Below, piece by piece: positions 48,615-57,670 of a stretch of 64,000 nt of DNA. Where the stretch lies: positions 736,001 through 800,000 of the forward strand of contig CBDFJR010000002.1 in assembly GCA_965248535.1 (NCBI GenBank). Reading direction: 5' to 3'. This DNA comes from Phormidesmis sp. Its GTDB lineage: Bacteria; Cyanobacteriota; Cyanobacteriia; Leptolyngbyales; Leptolyngbyaceae. The notes beneath the pieces were generated by a model. That model was not told where the DNA came from. It searched no databases and worked only from the letters and a program-made list of their open reading frames with translations. The position numbers and the translations under genes were made by a program. Position 1 is the stretch's first letter; every line of letters begins with the position of its first letter.

Positions 48615-48830
48615 ATGGTTGAAACGTTTAAGCAGGGCGATCAGGTTGAGTGGAACAGTTCTGGTCAGGTGATCGAAGGCACCATTGAGAGAAAAATTAC
48701 TGGGCCGACTGACTTTAAAGGACACCACTTTGAGGCTTCAGAAGAGCATCCTGAATATCTGGTCAAGAGCGACAAGACAGGAAAAGAAGCCATTCACAAA
48801 CCCGACTCACTCAAGAAAATCGGAAAGTAA
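48615..48830 (+). CDS. Hva1/DUF2945 Tudor-like small protein
   Basis: FKQGDQVEWNS...ASEEHPEYLVKSDKTGKEAIHKPDSL; ATG 48615 is the likely start. Confidence 0.85.
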   Translation: MVETFKQGDQVEWNSSGQVIEGTIERKITGPTDFKGHHFEASEEHPEYLVKSDKTGKEAIHKPDSLKKIGK

Positions 48831-48856
48831 CAGCAGATTGCTCTTTCACCAGCATC

Positions 48857-48883
48857 AAAAAACAAGGGGCCTAAGCCCCTTGT
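48857..48883 (-). terminator. Intrinsic terminator hairpin between convergent genes
   Basis: acaaggggc-ctaa-gccccttgt perfect 9-bp stem followed by a T-run on the minus strand. Confidence 0.7.
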
Positions 48884-48905
48884 CTGAGAGTCGAAATGCG
48901 ATCGC

Positions 48906-49916
48906 TTAGAACCCGTTGAAGTTATAGCCAACCCCAATCAAGATACCGACGGCCGCTTCTCCGGTCACGGTCGCGTTGACCGCAGCCGTTGCCGTAAACT
49001 GTGAGCTAATAGGTACGTCAATTCCACCCGTTAGCAGCAGGGCCACATCGGCCCCATCTCCGGTCGAAATCGCGGCTCCGAGACCGACATAAGGAGCAGC
49101 GTTAAAGCCTAGCGCTCCCGTTGGGCCTGCCCCAACCGAGAAATCGTAGGTGATCGGCAGCAAAATCGTTACGTTATCGCTAAACAGCACCGAAGGACGC
49201 ACCGAGAAAGACGGCAGTAAGCCCACTTTGCTGATCACCGCAAAACTGCCCTGACCCAACGACGTGTCACCGCTGCCAAGTCCAATGTTTCCACCGACTC
49301 CTACATAGCTAGACCCCGATCGGGTTGCGCGTCCTGGTGAAACCTGATTCAGAATTGGGGTCGGGCTTGTGGGGGTGGTCTCAGTCGGAGTGGTAGGAGT
49401 CGTGGGAGTGGTCTCAGTCGGAACGGTCGGCTGAATCTGAGGCATAGACTGGGCCGGAGTCGTTGGCGCACTCTGAGTTTGAATCGGGGTCTGCACGGGC
49501 TGAGGAGTGGTTTGAGTCTGGGTAGGCGTTCCTTTTAAGTCAGGCTGCGAAGTCCCAGAAGGGCTGGTGCTCTGGGCCATGACGGTTCTCGGTGAAATAG
49601 AAGATTGTGTAGAGTTGACTTGAGCAGAAGTCTCAGCACCCGGCGATCGTAGACTCGACAGCCCGATCGCAGACTGAGCGACTTTGCCCGGCGTTGGCTT
49701 GACCACACGAGTAGTCTGCACCACAGCAGGCTGAGATGGAGCGCTCACAGAGCTTTCTGCAAGTGGCGCATCGTCGCTGCTGGGGCTTTCTGCCTGAGCC
49801 TGCGAGGTGCCTGCAAAAACGGCTAGACAAACCAAACTTAGGGGCAAGGCAGCATAACTAAACCGAAACAGATTGAATTTCATAATTGCTCTAATACACT
49901 CAAGGCGTAGGTTCAC
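48906..49916 (-). CDS. Secreted protein with Thr/Pro-rich linker and C-terminal small outer-membrane beta-barrel
   Basis: Signal peptide (AQA), TETTPTTP repeats, SYVGVGGNIG, APYVGLG, ends IGVGYNFNGF. Confidence 0.72.
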   Translation of the reverse strand: MNLRLECIRAIMKFNLFRFSYAALPLSLVCLAVFAGTSQAQAESPSSDDAPLAESSVSAPSQPAVVQTTRVVKPTPGKVAQSAIGLSSLRSPGAETSAQVNSTQSSISPRTVMAQSTSPSGTSQPDLKGTPTQTQTTPQPVQTPIQTQSAPTTPAQSMPQIQPTVPTETTPTTPTTPTETTPTSPTPILNQVSPGRATRSGSSYVGVGGNIGLGSGDTSLGQGSFAVISKVGLLPSFSVRPSVLFSDNVTILLPITYDFSVGAGPTGALGFNAAPYVGLGAAISTGDGADVALLLTGGIDVPISSQFTATAAVNATVTGEAAVGILIGVGYNFNGF

Positions 49917-50038
49917 AACGATCGGACTAAAGTCACCACAACTTTTCAGCTTGCCCTTAGAGCGTAAGAACGATCGCCGTTTGCACCCTCTCTCTAAAGA
50001 AGGAATATTGGCACCTTGAGCGAGTCAAGAAAATCTGT

Positions 50039-51403
50039 CTAGCGCCTTATGTGAGTGGCAAAGTTTTGCGATCGGGTCGGCGACAGCGTGCGCGCTTTTA
50101 GAATAGCCGCCCCTAAAAAGGCATACGACAAGATGCCAACGAGGGCCAACACAAACGGACTCACCGATCCCATTGCATTCCACAGCGCATGTAAGCTAGC
50201 CGACGAGAAATAACCGATTCCTAAAATAATCGCACTCTGTCTAGGGTTCAAAACGCTCAGCCCTACAAAATAGCCTAAATAACCGCTATAGGCCATGTGT
50301 CCTGAGATGGAGCCTAGCAGACGAGGAATCAGCAGTTGCAGTCCCATTAGCTGCCTAGGTCCATCGCCCAACTGCAACGTCGTGTTTTGAATCATGTCGG
50401 GCACATATTGCCCCAACGTCTCCAGCAACGTAAAGCCCACCGCAGAGGCGGCTCCTAGCAAAATGCCATCAAGGGGTTCTGAGATGCCAATGCGCTCTTT
50501 CCAAGGAGTCGGCAGCAGTCGCCCCACCAGATAAAATCCCAGCAGCGGCAGGGCTTTGAGTAGCTCTTCCATCAACCCTGCGCCAAAAAACATCCGAATC
50601 AGCAGCACCACAAAATTGATCGGTTCCCCGGCTTCTGGCACTTGCCCCGGCAAGAGGTGTCGAAACAGCACAATAAACAGCGGCAACACCGGACTTCTCA
50701 ACAGCAGCACCGTCGTCAGCCCCGCCAACAGCAGCACCCACCAGGGTTTGTGCTTCCCGCACAGTCGATAGACAAAATAGTAGGCAGCTAGAGCAATATA
50801 AGTCGCTAACAAAAGATTAAACGGCACTGCGTTGCCGACAGCGACAAACAGGCTGACCACAAAGCCCACCGTGATCACGCCAGGAGCGAGGTAGGCTTTT
50901 TGACGCAGATCGCCCCCCGTCGAAGCGATCGGGAAAAGCTGCGTAAAGGTGACAGAATTTCTAGGCACTCTTGACGATCGCGACAGCGGCTTAATCTCGT
51001 CGATCGTCTGCATGACAGCGGGCAAAGGACTGGGAGGAGAGCAATAGTCAAACACAAACTCTGGCCCGTTTTGACCCAACGAGATGCGATCGCCTGCCTT
51101 TAAGACTCGGCACCCTCTCAATCGTCTGCCGTTTAGGTAGGTGCCATTTGAGCTATTGAGGTCACACACCCACCAAGTCGGTCGCCCATGAGCGGTGGTG
51201 TCTGTGGGGCGAATCTCAACGTGGCGACGTGAAACAGAGCCATAGATAGTCGAATCGAGAACAATTTGACAGCGAGGGTCACGCCCGATCGCCATAATTT
51301 GTTCTGTAGACAGAGAATAAGCTGGCTGTTTCTGCTCAGAGAGGGTGCCACTGGGCAGTTGCCGCAGTGAAGCGATCGCAAGGGGTTCGCCCGTCATGTT
51401 CAC
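50039..51403 (-). CDS. FHA domain + PrsW family intramembrane glutamic protease
   Basis: IGRD, VSRRH, DLNSSNGTYLNG (FHA); EELLK, GFTLLE, H and LHALWN (PrsW). Confidence 0.92.
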   Translation of the reverse strand: MNMTGEPLAIASLRQLPSGTLSEQKQPAYSLSTEQIMAIGRDPRCQIVLDSTIYGSVSRRHVEIRPTDTTAHGRPTWWVCDLNSSNGTYLNGRRLRGCRVLKAGDRISLGQNGPEFVFDYCSPPSPLPAVMQTIDEIKPLSRSSRVPRNSVTFTQLFPIASTGGDLRQKAYLAPGVITVGFVVSLFVAVGNAVPFNLLLATYIALAAYYFVYRLCGKHKPWWVLLLAGLTTVLLLRSPVLPLFIVLFRHLLPGQVPEAGEPINFVVLLIRMFFGAGLMEELLKALPLLGFYLVGRLLPTPWKERIGISEPLDGILLGAASAVGFTLLETLGQYVPDMIQNTTLQLGDGPRQLMGLQLLIPRLLGSISGHMAYSGYLGYFVGLSVLNPRQSAIILGIGYFSSASLHALWNAMGSVSPFVLALVGILSYAFLGAAILKARTLSPTRSQNFATHIRR

Positions 51404-51556
51404 AGATTTCAGCAGACGGCATGGGTCTGAGATATCGGTAGGCTATCTCAGACTATGGGTAGTATAGGAAACATTTCATACATAATTCTCAGTCCCCCTG
51501 ATTAAATCATAAAGTTTGAATGAAGAAACAGTCACTCAAACGCCGTGATTTGAGAT

Positions 51557-51754
51557 TTATTTTTGATTGGCTCTGGTGTCTAACACAGCCGTATAAAAGA
51601 AAATTGCTGTGAGCGGCACACTGAGCGCGAGAATCACCCCGGTAACTAGCCCACCTAGCTGAGGGCTACCCGACGAGAGTTCAAAGACAGAACCGACAGC
51701 GGCGATCGCGGCAATGCACGATCCACCTAAAAACACACCACTTTTTGGAGTCAC
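51557..51754 (-). CDS. Small two-TM hypothetical protein
   Basis: 65-aa ORF with two hydrophobic helices, co-oriented with def. Confidence 0.65.
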   Translation of the reverse strand: MTPKSGVFLGGSCIAAIAAVGSVFELSSGSPQLGGLVTGVILALSVPLTAIFFYTAVLDTRANQK

Positions 51755-51780
51755 GGAATTTTGCCCCTAATGTCTAATCA

Positions 51781-51904
51781 TTCTAACGGGCGCGGTGTAT
51801 CGTGCCCCCACGCAAATCTCGATTTAACCGTTCTGACGGGCGCGGCGTACCGTGCCCCTACGGTCTGACGGGCGCGGCGTACCGTGCACCTACGCAAATC
51901 TCGA
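51781..51904 (-). repeat. Three GTAG-type REP-like palindromes in direct tandem
   Basis: Minus strand reads GTAG-GGGCACGG-TACG-CCGCGCCC-GTCAGA; copies at 51781, 51831 and 51863. Confidence 0.85.
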
Positions 51905-51919
51905 CCTGAAATTCCAATC

Positions 51920-52480
51920 CTAGATCGGTTTGACTGCGTGAGACGAAAAGCCCCGCTTGGTGAGTTCTTGAGTCAGTGCCAGCTTATTTTCGACCCGATC
52001 GACAAATAACACCCCGTTTAAGTGATCGATTTCGTGCTGAATGGCGCGGGCGAGTAACCCCGTGGCGCTGATCAGTTGAGGACGGCCGTGCTCATCTTTA
52101 AAAGCAACGTCGATCGCTTCGGGGCGCGTCACATCTAGATAAACGCCTGGAATGCTCAAGCAGCCTTCTTGCCCAACTTCAAGATCAAGGCTTGATTTTT
52201 TGATCATCGGATTGATCAAAATCAGGGGAGGCGTGGCCGCGTTGTCAGGGTCACAGTCCACCACAATTAGCTGCTTGTTGATCGCCACTTGTGGAGCCGC
52301 TAACCCGATGCCATCTTCGCTATACATGGTTTGCAGCATCTCTCGCACCATCTGACGAATCTCAGCATCAATTTTTGAGATGCGCTTGGCGGGCTGACGC
52401 AACACGCGATCGCCCAATTGATGAACCTCTAGGGGTGGCTTCGCTAACTTTTTCTTCTCAACCAAAACTTCAGAAGTCAT
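51920..52480 (-). CDS. def: Peptide deformylase
   Basis: GIGLAAPQ, EGCLS, QHEIDH. Confidence 0.97.
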   Translation of the reverse strand: MTSEVLVEKKKLAKPPLEVHQLGDRVLRQPAKRISKIDAEIRQMVREMLQTMYSEDGIGLAAPQVAINKQLIVVDCDPDNAATPPLILINPMIKKSSLDLEVGQEGCLSIPGVYLDVTRPEAIDVAFKDEHGRPQLISATGLLARAIQHEIDHLNGVLFVDRVENKLALTQELTKRGFSSHAVKPI

Positions 52481-52619
52481 GGACTTAATTTCTCAACAAT
52501 AATGACAAAGGTCGAACTGATTCCGCTTTAGATCTATCTTAACCAATTCTGGCGACTCCCTCAAATGTTGGAAATTTTCTTGTTGCAAATCCATCGCCAT
52601 CGCCACCGTTTTTGCAAGA

Positions 52620-52643
52620 GGGCATGGCGTGCCATGCTCCTAC
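52620..52643 (-). repeat. Single GTAG-type REP-like palindrome
   Basis: Minus strand GTAG-GAGCATGGC-AC-GCCATGCCC. Confidence 0.65.
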
Positions 52644-52791
52644 GGGGTTGCGCGATCGTGGGGATGGGTGGGGCAATATCGGGATTGATCCCGTTCACAA
52701 ACCAAATCACGATCGCGTCCCAAATTTCTGAGAAGCTTTGCCAACTTGGTGATAAAAGATAACGGAGACGACCAAAATTTGGGGATGATGC

Positions 52792-53694
52792 GTGTTTCGT
52801 TTTTTGACAAAGCTAGATTATTTGGGGCGAGAAACGCTGCTCGGTCTACGTCGCGGCGGTTGGATGAACTGGGCAGCCATTAGCACGGTGACGGTGCTGC
52901 TGTTTTTGTTTGGCATGGGCTTACAGGCTTCTTGGCAGCTAGAGGGCTTGCTAAATCAGGTGGGCAGTCAGCTAGAAGTTTCGGTCTATTTAGAAACCGG
53001 GGTCGATGGCGCAACGCTAAAACCCGTGGTGACCAAGTTTCCAGAGGCCGAGGCGGTGAAGAGCATTTCCAAAGAAGAGGCGTGGGCAACCTTGGTCAAA
53101 GAGTTGGGTGTGTCTGATCTCAAAGATGCCGATCGTCAGCTTGAGGGCAATCCATTAGTAGACGAACTCAAAGTCAGGGCTAAATCTTCGCAAGCGGTGC
53201 CCAGTTTGGCTAAAAAGCTAAAAGGCTTAGCCGGAGTAGAAGACGTGCAGTATGTAGACGAAGCGGTCAAGCGCATCGCTCAACTCAATCGCGGCTTAAG
53301 TTGGCTGAGTTTGATGATTACTGGATTGTTGACGCTGACAGCGATCGCCGTAATCAGCACCACTATCCGCTTAATTGTGATGGCTCGTCGTCACGAGATC
53401 GAGGTCATGCAGCTAGTCGGGGCTACCTCAAGCTGGATCTATCTGCCGTTTATCATCCAAGGTGTGGTGTTTGGGGTGGTGGGGGCCACGATCGCGTGGG
53501 GATTGATTCGAGCGGTCGAACAGTTTTTGAGAAACTTGCTGGCACAGCAGCCAGATTTTGTGCAATTGTTAGCAACGGATCTGTCTGTGCGCCCGATCGA
53601 TGCGCTAGCGCTGCCCCTGATCCTGTTGGGATTTGGTGGCTCTGTGGGTCTGCTGGGCAGTCTCTTCGCCGTTCGTCGCTTTGCAACTCGTTAA
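52792..53694 (+). CDS. ftsX: Cell division permease-like protein FtsX
   Basis: TM, EVSVYL, ISKEEA, GNPL, TTIRL..ARRHEIEVMQLVGAT..WIYLPF. Confidence 0.92.
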   Translation: MFRFLTKLDYLGRETLLGLRRGGWMNWAAISTVTVLLFLFGMGLQASWQLEGLLNQVGSQLEVSVYLETGVDGATLKPVVTKFPEAEAVKSISKEEAWATLVKELGVSDLKDADRQLEGNPLVDELKVRAKSSQAVPSLAKKLKGLAGVEDVQYVDEAVKRIAQLNRGLSWLSLMITGLLTLTAIAVISTTIRLIVMARRHEIEVMQLVGATSSWIYLPFIIQGVVFGVVGATIAWGLIRAVEQFLRNLLAQQPDFVQLLATDLSVRPIDALALPLILLGFGGSVGLLGSLFAVRRFATR

Positions 53695-53716
53695 TCTGCC
53701 ATTCACCCAATTCATC

Positions 53717-54526
53717 ATGACAAAATCCCAATGGGACTGTTTTTTAGAAAACTTAGGCGAGTGGCAAGGTTCGTTTACCCAATTCTCGCCGCGAGGAGAG
53801 CTTCTCAGCGATACGCCGTCTCTGTTATCGCTAGAAGGGATAGACAACAACCAGAACGTGCGTTTGACGCTGCGCCGTGAGGGAAAACCGGATCTAGTCA
53901 GTGAGTATTCGACGATCGGGGGCGGGCTAAGGTTTTTTGAAAATGGGGCGTTTTCTCAAGGGGCGATGCAGTTTGCGCCCTATACCCAGTTTGGGGCAGA
54001 GTTAGCTTTGCTGCATAGCGATCGTCGCCTACGTCTAGTGCAGTTGTTTGACAGACGGAGTCAGCTTGAGCAGTTAACCCTGATTAGAGAGCAGAGAGTC
54101 GGAACCAGTGCGCCAGAGCGGCCACCCTTGACGGTGGAGGATTTGATCGGTGAGTGGAGCGGCGAAGCAGTGACGATTTACCCTGACTGGCGATCGCCCG
54201 ACTCCTATCTAACCTCCTTAAAGCTGCACCGTGAAGGACACGATCGTCTGGTGCAAACGTTGACGATCGGGGCAGAAAAACCCTTCACTTCGACCGCAAC
54301 GATCCAGGGTTCGGTGCTGTGGTTTGAGGGCGTGCAGGTGCTGTTGTTGCCCGATGGGGGTTCTTCGACGTGCCCGGTGAAAATTAAATTGGGTCAGCCA
54401 TTGTTTTTAGAAGTGGGCTGGTTGCTTCGGCCCGATCTGCGTCAGCGCTTGATTCGTCGCTATAACGCTAAAGGAGAATGGGTGAGTTTAACGATCGTGA
54501 CCGAACGGAAAACTGCGTTCGATTAA
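53717..54526 (+). CDS. DUF3598 family protein
   Basis: SQWDCFLENLGEWQGSFT, FFENGAFSQG, LLLPDGGSS, RQRLIRRY. Confidence 0.85.
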   Translation: MTKSQWDCFLENLGEWQGSFTQFSPRGELLSDTPSLLSLEGIDNNQNVRLTLRREGKPDLVSEYSTIGGGLRFFENGAFSQGAMQFAPYTQFGAELALLHSDRRLRLVQLFDRRSQLEQLTLIREQRVGTSAPERPPLTVEDLIGEWSGEAVTIYPDWRSPDSYLTSLKLHREGHDRLVQTLTIGAEKPFTSTATIQGSVLWFEGVQVLLLPDGGSSTCPVKIKLGQPLFLEVGWLLRPDLRQRLIRRYNAKGEWVSLTIVTERKTAFD

Positions 54527-54679
54527 ATTCACCTACACGAATGTCGTTATTTCATCATCGGTGAATCTCTGGCTCAACGGTTGTTGCTAGTGGTTTATTT
54601 AAAACGAAGTGCAAGAACCCGCATTAATTCTGCCCGTCCTGCAACCCGTGCTGAGAGAAAACTCTATGAGCAACCCTGA
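54527..54679 (+). pseudogene. N-terminally truncated BrnT (DUF497) toxin remnant
   Basis: Reads ECRYFIIGESLAQRLLLVVYLKRSARTRINSARPATRAERKLYEQP*; no start codon and no N-terminal half. Confidence 0.75.
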
Positions 54680-54962
54680 ACAAAATCTCAACTCGCGTCT
54701 TCATCCCCGTCAGACAGAAGCCGTTTCGATACAAGTTCCAGTTGACACTTTAGAATCTCTCAAAAAAATTGCAGATAGTCGAGAGATGACTCTAGAAGTG
54801 CTATTGAGCCTCTATATTGGGCGAGGGCTGCGGCAAGATTTGTCTAAACTTTTTTCTGAGCGGGTGTTAGAAACAACGGCTCAGGTATTAGTAAGACATC
54901 TGCAATCGGAAGAAGAAATCTCAAAAATTTTACAAGAGATTCAGGCTGAGACAACTCGGTGA
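54666..54962 (+). CDS. Putative antitoxin, ribbon-helix-helix-like, partner of the BrnT remnant
   Basis: Overlaps the BrnT remnant stop; VSIQVPVDTLESLKKIADSREMT RHH-like pattern. Confidence 0.65.
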   Translation: MSNPEQNLNSRLHPRQTEAVSIQVPVDTLESLKKIADSREMTLEVLLSLYIGRGLRQDLSKLFSERVLETTAQVLVRHLQSEEEISKILQEIQAETTR

Positions 54963-54995
54963 ATTATCTAGTGTTGTCTATAGATTTAAGGATTT

Positions 54996-55018
54996 GTAAG
55001 GGCAGAAAACGCCCCTAC
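54996..55018. repeat. Degenerate REP-like palindrome / possible bidirectional terminator
   Basis: gtaagggc-agaaaac-gcccctac between convergent genes. Confidence 0.5.
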
Positions 55019-55027
55019 TTCTACGCT

Positions 55028-55405
55028 TTAACGAATCGCGCCATTATAGAGAACGATCGTCTTAAAATCGGCTTTGTCTACTCGCACGTCGCTCTCCACA
55101 AAGGGAACATCAGAGCCAGGAGCGCTGCCTTTAAAGGTAAACAGCCAAAAATCACCTTTGTCTACATAGGGAGATTGAGCCGCAAACCCGTGCATCGATC
55201 GCTCGGCTCGATAAACGCCAAGCCCACCATTTGCCGCCTCACCCGCTTGACGCGCTAGATTTTTAGCACGGCTGAGAGCCTCAATTTCTTTGACTTTTGT
55301 CTGAACGATGGGATCGGTAAATTGAGCACGAGCGATCGGGCTGATCACAAACGGAAACACCAGCAGCGTTAGCACTATGAGATATCGCATGATCAAAAGC
55401 TCCAC
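55028..55405 (-). CDS. Secreted hypothetical protein
   Basis: Signal peptide (ARA); RAKNLARQAGEAANGGL..YRAE..MHG motif. Confidence 0.7.
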   Translation of the reverse strand: MELLIMRYLIVLTLLVFPFVISPIARAQFTDPIVQTKVKEIEALSRAKNLARQAGEAANGGLGVYRAERSMHGFAAQSPYVDKGDFWLFTFKGSAPGSDVPFVESDVRVDKADFKTIVLYNGAIR

Positions 55406-55463
55406 AGAATTGTTCTAATTTTATTTCTCGAATTGTTAAAAGATGAATCGTTGCCATTTTTGT

Positions 55464-56234
55464 CTAGACGCAATCGAGTCGGGGCAAGTTGCCAAAACTT
55501 ATCGATTGAATTTGATCATAACGATCGACGATCACATCCGCATTCGCCAATTGATGAGGCTGGGTGCCTCCCCAAGTCACCCCGACGCTGGCGATCGCGC
55601 CGCCTCTGTGCGCCAGTTCAATATCTGCGCCCGAATCTCCGATCACTAGAGTGGTCGCCGGAGCCACGTTTAAAGCTTGGCACGCCAAATGCAGCAGTCG
55701 GGGGTCGGGTTTGCTCAACCCATCTGGGCAGCCCATCTGCAACTGAAAATAAGCACCGAGATCGTAGTGCCCGACAAACTCCTGCACGTTTTCTGGAGTG
55801 TCAGCCGAGAGAATACCGACCTTGAGATCAGCATCCGCTAAGGATTGGAGCAATGGCAACGCCTCGACAAAAAGCGGAGTCAGTTTGGCTTTTTGGGAAA
55901 GGGCACGATCGGCGTTGAGCAACGCGGTGTGCGCGATCGCTTTTGCCTCGATCCAGTCTCGCCCGGTAGCGGCAATGCAGGCGGCCGTTGCGATTTCATC
56001 TTCTTGACGAGTCGAGACAGCAATGAGTCCCACGGGGTTGACTCGCCCGTCTACTAGCCCAAAGGTTCTTAAAAGCGAGTCTCTCACGCCGGGCACTTGA
56101 GCCTCGACAAAGCCCGATCGTTGCAGTGCCAGAGCCACCAAAAAGTCATGAACATCGGCTAACGTTCCGTCTTTGTCGAAGAGAATTGCCTCGACGTTAT
56201 AGAACGTCTTGATACCACACTGAATCGTTGCCAT
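55464..56234 (-). CDS. HAD family hydrolase
   Basis: FDKDGTL, ILSAD, KPDP, IGDS..D. Confidence 0.92.
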   Translation of the reverse strand: MATIQCGIKTFYNVEAILFDKDGTLADVHDFLVALALQRSGFVEAQVPGVRDSLLRTFGLVDGRVNPVGLIAVSTRQEDEIATAACIAATGRDWIEAKAIAHTALLNADRALSQKAKLTPLFVEALPLLQSLADADLKVGILSADTPENVQEFVGHYDLGAYFQLQMGCPDGLSKPDPRLLHLACQALNVAPATTLVIGDSGADIELAHRGGAIASVGVTWGGTQPHQLANADVIVDRYDQIQSISFGNLPRLDCV

Positions 56235-56270
56235 GGGAGTTTCTAAAAGCCAATAAGAAATCTAAAAGCC

Positions 56271-56298
56271 AAAAAAAAAGAGGGATGTGACTCCCTCT
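56271..56298 (-). terminator. Intrinsic terminator of rpsA
   Basis: agaggga-tgtgac-tccctct stem followed by a T9 run on the minus strand. Confidence 0.75.
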
Positions 56299-56324
56299 CT
56301 GGTGACTTAAAAATGGTGCGGCAG

Positions 56325-57428
56325 TTAGTCGTCGATCGCCGGAACCAAGTCTTCAATGGCTTCAGCCTCCGCCTCAACCGGATCAAGAACTTCAACAAGA
56401 TCAGACGCTTCAACAAGATCAGGCACTTCAACAAGATCAGGAGGAATTTCTGCCTCTTCTTGAGCCGAAGGAATGTCTTCTTCAGCCACAGCCACCTCTT
56501 CAGCGACGGCCGCCGGAGCGCCACCCTGCTGATTGATCTGCATTTGTTCACGATATTTAGCTGCCATTTCCTCAGCTTTTTCGTAAACCACGTCAGGGTT
56601 TTTCACCATGTCGCCGGGTTCTGGCTCTAGCTGCTTAGTAGACAGCGAGATTCGACCGCGCTCGGCATCAAGGTCAATGATCATCACCTTCACTTCGTCA
56701 TTGACGTTAAAGACGCTGTGAGGCGTGTCAATATGATCGTGAGAAATTTCTGAAATGTGCAGCAGACCGCTCACGCCGCCGATGTCGATAAACGCGCCAT
56801 AGGGCTTGATGCCGCGCACTGTGCCGATGACAACTTCGCCCACTTCGAGACGGTTCATCTTGCGCTCAACCAAGGCACGACGATGACTGAGCACCAGACG
56901 GTTCCGCTCTTCGTCTACTTCTAAAAACTTGAGAGGCAACTCTTCGCCCACCAATTCTTCTTTGGGCTTGCGAGTGCTGATGTGAGAGCCGGGAATAAAC
57001 CCGCGTAGTCCTTCGATTCGCACCAGGGCACCGCCTCGGTTGGTGGCAAACACCAGCGATCGCACCGTGGCATCTTCGGCTTGAAGTTGCCGAACTCGCT
57101 CCCAGGCGCGCATATACTCAATGCGGCGGATAGAAAGGGTTAACTGCCCGTCTTCATTTTCATCTGCCAAAATGAAGAATTCGCGAGTTTCGTTAGACTG
57201 CAACACTTCTTCGGGGCTGTCAATGCGGTTGATTGACATTTCCTGAATGGGAATGTAGGCAGCAGTTTTGGCACCGATGTCAATCAGTGCACCTCTTGGC
57301 TCTAGACTAAATACGGTTCCGGCGACGACATCACCAGGGCTGAAGTGATAATCGTATTTGTCGAGCAGCGCTGCAAAATCTTCGTGAGTAAAGCCGACAT
57401 CAATAGTTAAAGTGTTCTGATTGACCAT
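56325..57428 (-). CDS. rpsA: 30S ribosomal protein S1 (three S1 domains, cyanobacterial type)
   Basis: GALIDIGAKT, GFIPGSHIS, YGAFIDIGGVSGLLHISEIS, RISLSTKQL. Confidence 0.97.
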   Translation of the reverse strand: MVNQNTLTIDVGFTHEDFAALLDKYDYHFSPGDVVAGTVFSLEPRGALIDIGAKTAAYIPIQEMSINRIDSPEEVLQSNETREFFILADENEDGQLTLSIRRIEYMRAWERVRQLQAEDATVRSLVFATNRGGALVRIEGLRGFIPGSHISTRKPKEELVGEELPLKFLEVDEERNRLVLSHRRALVERKMNRLEVGEVVIGTVRGIKPYGAFIDIGGVSGLLHISEISHDHIDTPHSVFNVNDEVKVMIIDLDAERGRISLSTKQLEPEPGDMVKNPDVVYEKAEEMAAKYREQMQINQQGGAPAAVAEEVAVAEEDIPSAQEEAEIPPDLVEVPDLVEASDLVEVLDPVEAEAEAIEDLVPAIDD

Positions 57429-57670
57429 GCTGATAGTTTCCCAGTGGTATCTCCGTAAGGGTTCGCCTCCTGTCGATGCGTATGCACAGAATGTTTGTGT
57501 GCAGCCTACACCTTCACCTCTTTCCTATTGTAAGAGATTTGCTTTGGACAGACTAAGAGTTTAGAAGCATTATCATAACGCAACCCGGCTCCCTCTTCAC
57601 ACTTGAATATTTCTGAAGGAGGCTACTTTTTGGCAGACTTTTTGGGCTAGCCCTCAGTGAGACAGGCGAT

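Noticed and set aside
51781..51904. Possible mini-CRISPR
   Set aside because: Irregular or absent spacers; GTAG-hairpin structure fits REP elements
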